Part shown: piece after piece, positions 12,401-24,700 of the stretch
How positions within the stretch are numbered: the first letter of the stretch is position 1
Layout of the letters: each line of letters starts with the position of its first letter
Origin: Ophelia neglecta
Lineage: Eukaryota
NCBI GenBank assembly: GCA_965285935.1
Contig: OZ260667.1
Span: forward strand, 7,874,001 to 7,938,000
Direction of reading: 5' to 3'
DNA length: 64,000 nt
Made by a program: the position numbers and the translations under genes
The notes under the pieces: generated by a model
Seen by the model: the letters and a program-made list of their open reading frames with translations, nothing else
Told to the model about the DNA's origin: nothing
Databases searched by the model: none

Positions 12401-15400
12401 TACGAAGGAATTTCACCCCTACTCTACCTGGATATCAACTAACCCTTCCCTTAGCTCTAGTTGAATGGACTGAACCACAGTCTATGTCGAGTAAGGGAAT
12501 TTTTCTTCTAGCATAAGTATAAAATACAATCAAAGTTATTCCGTCTCGCACAAATTTCACAAACTTTTCTGCTGAGTTATTTTTTTCCCATTAGGCAGGT
12601 CTGGGGATCATCGACGAGTCCTTCTCGGCCGAAGATGTTGTCAAAAACACCGATAAATTATCGCGAGCCCTGGCCAGTCAGAAACCAGCTTGGAAACCAG
12701 GTAGGCGCTTGTTTTAACATATACAGTGAAGCATGCCTTAAAGACCACCTCTGTATTCAGACCAGCTGTCAGTTCAGACCACCAATGTCAGGACCATGTT
12801 GTATGCTTCCAATGTTAAATAACCTGTCTAAACAGACCACCTCCAAAATTAGACCAGCATTATCCAGCCCCTTGGGTGGTCTTAATTCACAGGTTTCACT
12901 GTAGACTTAAAGATCGGCCAGGATGGTATTGTATCTACGCCGTGCTAGTGGTTGGGCCATTTCATATCATTGTTACTTTATCAAGGTACTACATGTCGGC
13001 AAACCAGGTATCTTACATTGAAAACCATCCCGCTCCCCCCCCCCCCCCTCCCCCGCCCCTTAATGGAATCAACAGAAATAGAAATGTGAGAATTTACAAT
13101 TTATGTTTTTGATGAAAAAGGGAGAATTGAAAATAAGGATTCTGTTGGAATATATTTCAGGTAACCTTGTAATACTAGAGGAAGACAGTCGTTGATTCAC
13201 ATCAAACAGACAGGAGGCTCGTTGATATTGCGCGTCCGCAAAGAATTGTAACTGAAAAAATTCCGGGGTCCCACGGCGGAAATTTAACAGTAGGACGGTA
13301 ATAAAATATGATGTAGTTAACCGTAATGTCCGTTAATTTTTGTAGGTACTCAGATCGGCTACCACGCCATCAGTATAGGGCTATACGAGGACCAGGTGGT
13401 GAGGAGGGTGGACCCCAATCACCGCAGTCTGAGTCAGTTCTTTAAGGAGGAGCTCGCTACACCTCTAGGTACGTTGGCCTGCCAACCTAGACTTGTTAAT
13501 CTTAAATTCAATCCTGGTCAATGGAAACACCTATTCCCGCGGTCTTAGCTTTTCGACTTTATGCTTAACTAACCCCTAGACATAGGACCGCTTCTGTAAA
13601 CCGGGCCATGGGCATTAACATGCGTAGTAAATCTCTAACATTTGTGTTTCTATGCAACAATTCTTTTTTACTGATAAAATGTGTGATATTTCGCGTATCC
13701 ACTTACTCTGCGAAGTAAATAACCATCTTAGGTATATCTTCTTAAAAATGACTACGATGATAATTCATTGCCCGAAATTAAGGATTTTTCTTGCTAATTT
13801 GCCGTCACTAATATTATTAAATATTAAATTGTAAGAATGTGGTGGCTTTTATTAATAAACGTCAATTTTTCTGTAGGATTGGATTTTCAGATCGGTCTTC
13901 CCCGCGAGGAGTCGTGGCGCGCGGCCCGTATTACACCCTTCAACCCACTCTCGTTGGATATTCTCACCCACCCCGAGATTTGGCCGATGATGAGGAAGCT
14001 CATGGACCCAGATAGCGGCTTCATGAAAACTCTTCGCAATCCGGTCGAGTACAAGTCGGTGAGGCTCTTCTGTGGGCAGTCGGTTGTGTATAATGGAACT
14101 GAGCTAGACAAGCTGCATGGGATGGTAACGGCCCACTGTGAGGGAGGGGGTAGGCGAGGGGGTAGTCTTCGTTGGCAGGGAGTGTCTTGGGTTTATATTT
14201 ATTGTCTCCTTGGGGGGGAAGGAACCATAGAAAAATGCGGATATTTCAAATAAACACGTTGCCTACCGCCCTTGTTCTATGCATCATATCACGCGTCTTA
14301 TACTGTGTTACATATAGTAGGTATAAGCTTTAAGGTAGATGAAATTCAATTAATGACTATTGATAAAATAGTATTACACTTTATGAAAGATTGGATTAAA
14401 CATTGCCTTTGAACCTTTTTCTGGAAAAGCGCTATAACAAAAGCACTAAATAAATAAATAATAGCTATGACAATCAAAATATAAGCCGACATACATGAAC
14501 TTAGAAAAAGGTTAATAATGTTAACTTGTAATAACAGTTTTTGTGTCTGGTCCCCTGGTCAGTATTGTCCTATTAAGGACATTGACCTGCTCTAGATCAG
14601 CCGCTGATAGGCCTATGGACCATGACGATATTTGCGCAGAATTCCGGCCTATACAGCCAGACTTAATATCGGGTTTATTTCCTCAAATGAAGTAAAACAC
14701 CTCCACTATACACTTTATGACCAAGAAAAATGTTGCTCTATCCGATGGATGAAAGGAATGAATGTTGTACCGGTATTATTAATTTAATTTGCTCTTTAGG
14801 GGGACGCAAGCAACAGGCCTGTGTTACGAGAAGCCCCGATCGCCTCGGCACACGGAGTGGGGACCGCGGACAGCGTGGCTAAGCTCTACGGCATTCTCGT
14901 CAACGGCGGACAATATGAGGTAATCTCTCATCTTGTTTTAATACCTCTAGAGGAGATTTCAGTCTTCCTAACATAACAGATCCATATTATCTATGTTTTA
15001 TACTAGGCCCATGTTGCTAAGTGGTGTGACGTTTCTTATCTTTACTGTATTATGCATGCTTCGGAAAGGTCAGGCCCGTTTACTATAGGGAAAAAAACCC
15101 AATCTAAGTACAATCTAAGAATAAGGACGGTTAGGAAATTGCGTAGCCCTATCGTTTACCGTGGGCGTGCATATATATGTACATGTACTAAATATCTTTA
15201 AACCTCGTGTAATAAATACTGTTAATAATCACGCTCGATATTAAAGACTCCCAACATGATGTTAGGTTACATGTATACTGATGATTCTGACGTATTCTCC
15301 AAAAACAAGTCACTTAGCGGTAATATACATGTCTCACCCCAACCTTGTATTGTCACATTCAAATAAGATGCGAAATAGATGTCTTATTTTATATCTGCTG

Positions 15401-16918
15401 TTGCCTAATACGTGGAATATGCAATGACCCTGTAGGCCTATTAGAATGTTAACCTTTTAAACTTGATATAATATAGGCCAACTATATAATTTATGTTTTT
15501 ATATATTTTATATTAATTTCATATTAAGCTGATCGGGCTATATGTTTTGTTCATTTTTAAGCAATCAATATATTGTGATCGCCATTTGAAAGGTATGTTC
15601 TAGCTAGTTTAAAATTATAATTTGGGCCAACATTGGATGCTTATATATCTGACAACCATTCTTGCTAAACTCAGTGAACTTCAATCCGGATACTTTCAGG
15701 GTAAATCTTACCTGACACCAGAGGGCGTGCGGCGTCTCAATGAGCCGGTAGCTTCCGGTACAGATGTTTACCTTGGTTTAGATGTGATCGCAGGAAGAGG
15801 GACAAGCTTGTTACCAAACGCAGATGTAAGTTTTATAAGGTCAATGATGTATTAAAATGTATACTTTATGCTTTTCCTCTTAATTTTAGCATCAAAATCA
15901 CGACCCATTGTCTAAAAAACTGTACAAGGTTTAATCCATTCGGATATAAGTTAAACTATCCAAAATAATCATTAATGTACCCATGATTATTGTATTTGCA
16001 TTAGGCCTACCTGCATTGTTATAGGAAAGTAATCCTGCCTAAGAAAAACAAAGTGCAAGAGTCATATTATTGTGGCACAGTTAGCTCCAAGAAGGGCGTT
16101 GCGATTTGTTTGAAGATAATAGAAAATACTGGTGCAATATGTGCAAAAATCGTACCAGTATTAATGTTTCCAAATGTGAAATATAAAATATCATTTTGTT
16201 TAAAAGTAACAATATATCTACCTAAGAAGTCCTTTTGGCAAAGATAAGAAATTGGTAAAAAAATATTACGTAACGCTGGGGTATAACCGGCTATGCCTGC
16301 CCTTTGCATGAAAGGGCTGTACAGTCTGGTATTATCGCTCATATATCATAATAATGCAGTCAGCGTTATTACAAGCACTTCCGTACTCCGGAGTTCTACA
16401 TGCACGTATACAGTGGCAGGAGATGATGTTGACTAGCCCTATGCCGTGGTGTCCTGTGCTAGATTAGGGCTGAAGTAGGCTTAAGTGATGTCATATCCGA
16501 TTAGTAGTATTAAGCCAATCCGCTGAATAGTAATTACCAGCGGTGTGAGTAGTATGGGCGCCTAAAAAGACGGTCCTCTATTGCAGGGTTCTGGAAATTG
16601 CCGTTTTTGGGAAGGACATCGCAAAAATATCGTTAAATAGACAATGAATAGTTAGACGATACTGTAACATTGTCATCGTTTTTGCTATATTGGATTTTAT
16701 TTATATTAAAAGCCGTGCTATATTTTCAGAACTCAAGTCTGACGTTTGGGACGCCCGGTGCTGGAGGTCAGATGGGTTACGGTGACCCCAAATATCGTCT
16801 GGGCTGGGCCTACCTCACTAACTTCCAAAGTGTTCTATTGCACACTGATACGTATATGACTCTGAGAAAGGCCATGTACGATACAGTCTTTGAGTTAGAG
16901 AAAAAACAAAGCAGTTAA
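9499..16918 (+). pseudogene. Beta-lactamase domain-containing gene, copy B; complete 9-exon structure with a premature TGA in exon 2
   Basis: Exons are 9499-9641, 11143-11334, 11999-12098, 12595-12700, 13346-13468, 13877-14058, 14800-14919, 15700-15825 and 16730-16918 (1281 nt). The SxxK motif reads FYSSTKG. TGA at 11168-11170 stands where C and D have CGA (Arg). Confidence 0.8.
9689..9879. mobile_element. MITE with CAGTGGCGGAT-type TIRs; same family as 23804-24022
   Basis: Ends CAGCGGCGGATTCAGG and CCTGGATCCGCCAGTG; the internal CCTGGACCAGGGCCTAT..GAGGGTTGGTTACGGGGACAATCCA block is shared with 23804-24022. Confidence 0.7.
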
Positions 16919-19900
16919 ATTGATATTACCATCATCGCATAAGCTATTCGTCAGTTCTTTGCCTCCCACCCCACCAGAGAACAATTGCTAGAAAGCCTTT
17001 GGCTTTAACCACATAAAAATGTATAAACACCTTTAGGGTAAACCAGGGCATGGCTTAACTTTGCTCGCTGTTACAAAATACCTTGCGTTTTATTGGCGCC
17101 ATTTTTTTACGCACAAAATAATATTTTTTCAGATTCAAATGAACGATTATTAAATGGTTTACATTTGTCACTATTGTGATACATATAAGTAAACAACTTG
17201 TATTTACTAACCTGTATGTTTTTTATCTATACCATCAATGTAGCTTTGGTCTTGTTTTGCTTGTTACAATCCTGCAACAAAAATCACATTTCAGTGAAAA
17301 TCAGTTAATTTTGTGACACAAGGTTTCGTTTTAGTACAAGATTACCAGGACAGTTGTAGCTATCAAGTGTCAATCCTGTGAAATGAAGAATTATAATAAG
17401 ATTTAACAATGAAGTATATTATATTATTTGCGATATAAATATTTAAAATATTGGGTCCAAGAGAATATTATAGCACTGTTTGACAAGTGACCTAGTTACA
17501 GGTGTGATTGGTTATTTTGTTTTCAAAGCATTTTTATGTCCCGAAGATGATACTTATAAATGGAGCCTTTGTTAAAATATATATATATATTGTACATCAC
17601 TCCGTAACAAGTGTGTTAATACCAGTCAAACCAAGATATTCTATACCAAATACTCATAGCTATATCTTAACAAATATGTTAATATCAGCCAAAACCAAGG
17701 TATTCTATGCAAATTCTCTTTAACAAATATGTTAATATCAGTCAAACCAGGGTAGTCTATACCAAATACTCATAGCATCAGTCTCATAGCAGCTAGATGC
17801 TGTTTGTGGTTCTAAATATCAATACTGCTATGCTTAGTATTATGTTTTATAAAGCTCAGTTTGTACACAAGACTATTTTACTAAAATAAAGCATTAGCGG
17901 CAATAAACATAGCCAAGTGTGGTGGATATGATATATCAACTGAATTTTTTTTTTTATTAACCAGCCTGATAATTTTTTCTTTATTATTTCGGTTTATTTC
18001 CAGCACTCAGCATTTAACCTGGACTAATTTGTACCAGCTCTGCAAATCAATGTCTCTATTTGTAGTTGACATATAAGCGAAAATATTGTTTTTTGAGTCT
18101 AGAAGTACAAAATGTTGCTAAAATAATAGCGACAACATCGTAGACAATTTATGATATTCTGTCAATCCATATTATTTTATATGGACATATATAGTATAAT
18201 TTTATGGTCATAAAAGAAGAAAACCAGACATGAATCTGTATTTAGTATGATGATAGCTTGCCGGTAAACCATGATGGAAATGTATACAGGGAGACCTGTG
18301 AAAAAAGACCACCTTGGGACTGAAAAAAACCGGTCTGATTATAGAGGTGGTCTGATTATACAGGTTATTATGCATTAAATGTGAGTATTTTGGTCTTCTA
18401 AATAGTGGTCTGAATTGATAGGTTTTCTGAATATAGAAGTGGTCTTTAAGGTAGGTTTTAACTTACAATGAAACCTGTCTCATCAGGTCAGTCAAGGGAC
18501 ATTGAAAACTGATCGCATTACGTAAGTGGCCTTAAAAGGTAGGTCAGTCAACACAGGCTTATATGGGGACTGGGCTATTATTTAGTGACCTTGGTCGACA
18601 ATTCACCTTATAACACAGGTGAACACAAACATAGCTTCACTGTATAAAGTCTGATGGTATCTATCAAGGCCATATCACACATAATAGTAAGATGTGCAGT
18701 TTATAATGACAAATGAATTTTGTAATATAAAAAGGAATGGTGGGCAATTTTGTGTTCTAGATTTAATTTGCGCAACCGCGCTTCCAGCTTGTGTCCTCCA
18801 ACACGCACAAATTGAATAATGGGGTGTCAGCACTGTGCGTATCATATTCTGATAAATCATGCTATTAATGTAATGTTGAATTGTGTTGAAAATATTTTCC
18901 CCTGCAAATGGTGTTTAATGATATAAAAGTTCATATTACGAAACCTTTTCTTGCCTGCCAGTGCACATAACATATGTTTCGACTGGTATTTTCAATGGTG
19001 AAAGCAGAGTTGCTGATTTTGTGATTGCGTTCATTTTCCTCCCCCTCTTCCTTTACTAACACTTTTTAGGCAAATAACCGCTTACTTCTTACTATTCTCG
19101 CCGTGTAAATAAAAATAGACAGTACAATAAATAATATATAAACTATACCCAACTTAAGACACGAAATGGAACATGTTTCGTTAAGCCCCAAAAATCCAAA
19201 CCCTCCCACAGGTCTAGCAAACTATGGCCTAACGTCTTGTATATTAACACCCATAACAATGTAAAAAACGAGAGTGGACACCCGGCGGACAAACCAAAGC
19301 ATAAGTCGAGAACAGTACATAACATGTGTGCGAAATGATAAGGAGGCAGCAGCCACAGCCTCCCCACACAATACATCAATATAAGAGCAGTTATAAAGGC
19401 ATCAGGTCTAACAAACCGTTAATAATGTCACACAATAAATGGAAAAGTATTTGACATTAGCCTATGAGCGCCTAGAATTGAGCAGAGATTATTGTTGTAA
19501 TTGTTTAACCTTGCATGCTGGCGCACCCTAGTCAGTTTTATCCAATTCAATGTCGTATAACCTTGAAGATCGGTGATTCATCTTATGGCAGTACGCCTTC
19601 GACGGTTTAAAAGAGTTATTACCAAATCAATATAGCGTGTTGAGAGGTATCGATATGTTTAACCTCGGGTGTAGTCGGATTTGGACTGTCAACTATCAGT
19701 TACGAAAACGAGTACGGCCTATTGTAGTCTCAAGTGTTTTGACAGTCAGCGCGCAAATTGGTGGTAGCACATAGAGAGGTTTTAAGTCTTTTACTATTTA
19801 TAACTGAAGACATTTCACGTTATTATTGAACCCTTTTTCTGCAGACATCTGGGGATGTTCTTACAAACGTATGCTTTGTACTTTGGCCTAGACCAGGCAA

Positions 19901-21718
19901 TTCTTAATCGAGCAAATATTTTGGACAAGATAAATATTAAGAACTTATTTGAAAGTATTGTTGTCAAATCTTCAAATATGGACTTCCTTCTTATTCAAAA
20001 GAACAAAAATTTTAAAGGAAAGGGCTGCTTAAAGCTTCAAATACATATTCTTATTCTTGAAGACCCGCTAAACACAGATAGACAGCACAAAATAAGAGTC
20101 CCGCACTCTACTCACTATATAAAAATAAGTCCGGCCTCAGGCGCCCACATATTGGCCATTTCTGTTATTCACTTATTTAGAATATACCGCGTGCTTTTGA
20201 CCGTTTTCTACTTATTCAGCAAGTCTTCAATTATCATGAATAACAATAAAAAGTTCCTTAAACTTTCCAACAAATTTAAATAAAAACAACATTTGTTAAT
20301 AAATTGATACAAATATCGAATATATGAGGTTTCATGCTAACTCCAATTCGATGCCAAAAATGTGTGGGGTTTCCAGTTAACTCCAATTCGATGCAAAAAA
20401 AGAATATGGATTTAATTTTCATAAAAATCCATTCCCAAAAGGATCTTAATATGTTCCATGTATGTTAAAACTACAGTGAAACCTGCTTTAAGACCACCTC
20501 TATAATCAGACCACATGTGAATTCAGACCACTAATATGAGGACCATTCTGTATACTTTCAATGTTAAATAACCTTTATAAACAGACCACCTCTGAAATCA
20601 GACCAGCATTTTCCAGTCCCTTTGGTGGTCTTAATTCACAGGTTCCACTGTATAAATAATGGACCATACAAAGAACCACAGCTTGACAAGTCCTTAACCC
20701 TGTGACTCTCCTTAAACAGATGGGTAAATTCGTATATCAAGTTCACTATATGTAATTGTCCTTGCTTTATGGCTCTCTATAGACATGACTAGTGGTGACT
20801 CGTCTGAGTTAAGTACCACTGATGACTATAACACCGTGAGTCTGACTGTAGATTTCATTTCGACCGATAGGGACGAGTCTGCTGCAGCTCAGCGTACCAT
20901 TTTACTAAGTATACATTTCATATTGCTATAGTTGGTCTTAAGCATTTTTATTAGGTTTAGGTTTAACACAGTTGCGTTGGTAATTATCGGTCAATGTTTT
21001 ATATGCGGTAGTTCATTAGATTAAATGCATCTTCATGATTATTTATTACATTTTTTGAACACACTTATTATAATTTAAATCTCAATATGCTCTGCTCTCT
21101 TAAATTGCTTCAACCATGTAGTGAGCTACAGTGAAACCAGCCTTAAAGACCACCTCTATAACCAGACCACCTGTTAATTCAGACCATTTATATGAGAACC
21201 GTGCTATATACTTTCAATGGTAAATAACCTGTCTAAACCGACCACCTCCGAAACCAGACCTGTATTTTCCAGTCCATTTAGTGGTCTTAATTCACATGTT
21301 TATCTGTATTTCCGTAGAAAATGGTTGATTTCAATAATGATGATAATTATAAAAATGATTATGATGATGATGAATATAATCTACCGTGCCCTGAAGGACA
21401 TGAAATCACAGAAAACCTAGACACAAGCTCAAGGTGTCGCAATTGAGATGCTCGACGCCTGACAACATCAATTAAAGAGTGTTTCCTGGCTGGTTGTTTG
21501 AGTTTCGCACTGTGCGCCGTAACCCTTGTTTCTTATTTTAGCCACTTATCCTTATACTGGTTAAATGAGTTCCCCCCTCAAACTTTTTTTGCTTAACAAC
21601 GAGTATAAGTGTACTTGTCGAATGCATGTTCTTTAAACGTGTATGCTCTGTTCCGATCCAGAGCTGGTGGTAAATATCCCTGGACATATAAAAATATATA
21701 TATATATACAGAGAGGAG

Positions 21719-24700
21719 ATGGGTTTCCTGCGGTACTCGCTGGTGGTGGCGGTCACGGCGGTGGTGGTGGTTAAGTCACCGGGATGGCTTACCCCCGGAC
21801 TGGAGACCAACGTCCAGGGCTGGTCTGCCCCGGGCTGGGAGAGGGTCGAGAGCACCTTCAGGTAATAAGTAAAATATAACGGTTTCATACTAGGCTATAG
21901 ATATACAGCAGGCCTTCCCTGGAGGGTGGTAAATCTCGTATTATTTCAGCCATTGGCGGCACCACAAGCACAGATATACTTGCATAGTTTGTAAAATATG
22001 ATACTTATTTATCTTGTCCTATTTTTTGTCTCGATGGAAGAGGGTATTCGTTGAGGGGAAGGGGGGTTAACAAGAACCTTCGCACTAACTGGCCCTCATG
22101 GTTAAATTGTTACAATTCCACTGGCTCTAAGTTCAAAAGGTCACTCAACCTACATCTCGCATCTTTAAAACTCATGCATGAGGTGCAAACTTTACATCCT
22201 ATTTTGAGGTGTGGGGGAGGGGGGGGGGAGGAAGGGAATAACTCCGGCGGGGGGGGGGGGGGGGTTCTCCGGCGAGTGCTGGGCACTTTGCAGTCTTCTT
22301 ATATCGATGGATATATCAGTTTCAACCCGCTTGCAAGTGTCTGTTCACCTAGGAAATGTTAAATAATTTTGCATTATTTTTTTCCTGCCAGGGATCTGGT
22401 TGAGAGCGGCGCTGAGCGAGGGGGGTCGTTCTCGGTGTACTACCGCGGGGAGAGGGTGGTCAACCTGGTGGGGGGCTACGCCGACCAGGAGGCCGGTCTT
22501 CCCTGGACGGAGAACACTGTCGGTCGGTTCTACTCGACCACGAAAGGAATCGCCGCCATCGTCATCGCCATGCTTGTCGAAAAGTTAGTATACGGTCTTG
22601 TAAAACAACATATTTATTTACCAGTCAAAAGGCCCTCATTGAAATAAGAGGCCGCCAATTTGCCAGCAAAAGGCTCTCATTGAATATGAGGCCATACTGT
22701 TTGAGATTATCACTTATCAGTGCTTATTGGGATGGTAAAATAATACGAAGTTGCATACTCGAGGTTGCAAGTCTTGTGAGTCCACAAAAACGAATACAGT
22801 GCCTTAAAGACCACCTCTATATTCAGACCACCTGCAAATTCAGACCACTCACAAAAAGACCATTGTACATTCTTTCAATGTAAAATAACCTTGGTAAACA
22901 GGCCACCTCTGTAATCAGACCAGTATGTGCCAGTCCCTTGGGTGGTCTTAATTCAAAGGTTTCACTGTATTAATAACTAATTATGATATGTGCCGTTGAA
23001 TGAAAACGAATACACCTCAACTATGATAACTATAGCAAACTACAGAATCGTGCAGCCATATCTACAACAAGTCGATGACCTGTTTTCCAGAGGCCATTTG
23101 TCGTATGAGAAGCCCGTGAAGGACTACTGGCCGGAGTTTGCCGCAAACGGCAAGGATGACGTCACCATAGAACAACTCTTCAGTCATCAGGTTAGTCAAG
23201 GTTTACACACTTTTCATAAAATAATCTCTATTGTGCACGCCTTGGAAATTAGCTTGGCTTTCGTCATTTTCTACATTATGAAACATGCGACCAGTTCATA
23301 AACTCGTCACGAGATAAATTTTCATTAGAAACGGCATGAAAATAAGAATTTAAGAACAATATACAGTGAAACCTGCCTTAAAGACCACTTCTATATTCAG
23401 ACCACCTGTCAATTCAGATAACTAATATGAGGACCCTACTGTGCACTTTCACTGTAAAATAACCTGTATAAACAGATCACCTCCATAATAAGACCAACCT
23501 TTTACTGTCCCTGGGGTGGTCCCATTTCGCAGGTTTCCCATTACACTATATATTATATATTGCAACATCTATTGCTTTAGGCTGGTCTTGCAATTATCGA
23601 CGAACCAATCACGTGTGAGGACATTGTCAGAAACGCGGACAAGGTATCGCGGGCTTTGGCCAATCAGAAACCAGCTTGGAAACCTGGCAAGTCATGACAA
23701 ATATGAACATACAATAAGTGTCTTAAATAAAAGACTAGCAACTGTAGTTTATAATCACTGTATAATGTTTAATAAAAGTAATTCCAACCATATGTTATAC
23801 ATTCAGTGGCGGATTTAGGGGGGTTGGGGGGGGGGCAGGGGGCCCGCCCAAAAGGGGGGGCCTTTGCCAAAAAGGGGGCCTGGACCAGGGCCTATTACTG
23901 GACCCACGCATGGTGGTGTCAGAGGGTTGGTTACGGGGACAATCCAAACATTTGCCTTGTCAGCCATGGAAATTTGCCCCCCCCCCCCACACACCCTTCC
24001 TGAAATCCTAGATCCGCCACTTTACATGTAAGGTAATGTCGGGTAATTATGCGCATAGTTTTATTCCGCTCATAAAATAGCACACCCGTACCCCGGACAC
24101 GCCCCACTGAGCACGGTAACGGCGGATGTCGTGTCCTTCATGGCGAGCCGCAGTATTCTAGCATATTTATACACACCGATTTTTTCTAGCTATTCACATG
24201 ATTCTTCAATATAACTGAGTGTGTGACTTTCAATATCCATGTTGTATCTCTTGATATTGTTTAAAGAAATACCAAGTCAACACTTACTGTATTTCAATTT
24301 CAAAACAGATAAGGTAACGGAAAACAAGAAAGGCAGCTAAAATCAACTTGATATTAATTGTAAATTTAACAGTTTGCGTCAAGATTCCAACGTACAGTGA
24401 AACCTCCCTTAAAGACCACCTCTATATTCAGACCACCTGAAAATTAAGACCACTTATTTGAAGACCATCCTGCATACATTCAATGTAAAATAACCTGTCT
24501 CAACAGACCACCCCATTATCGGACCAGTGTTTTCCAGTCCCTTTGGTGTTCTCAATTCACAGGTTTCACTGTGAATGTATTATCACAAGAGCAGTATAGT
24601 CAAAGGGATCTATTGGTTATAAAGTGAAACCTGTCTTAAAGACCACCTCTTTATTCAGACAACCTGCAAATTCAGACCACTCACAAAAAGACCATAGAAC

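Noticed and set aside
19855-20283. 142-aa ORF
   Set aside because: It is AT-rich intergenic sequence with no recognisable domain or splice context.
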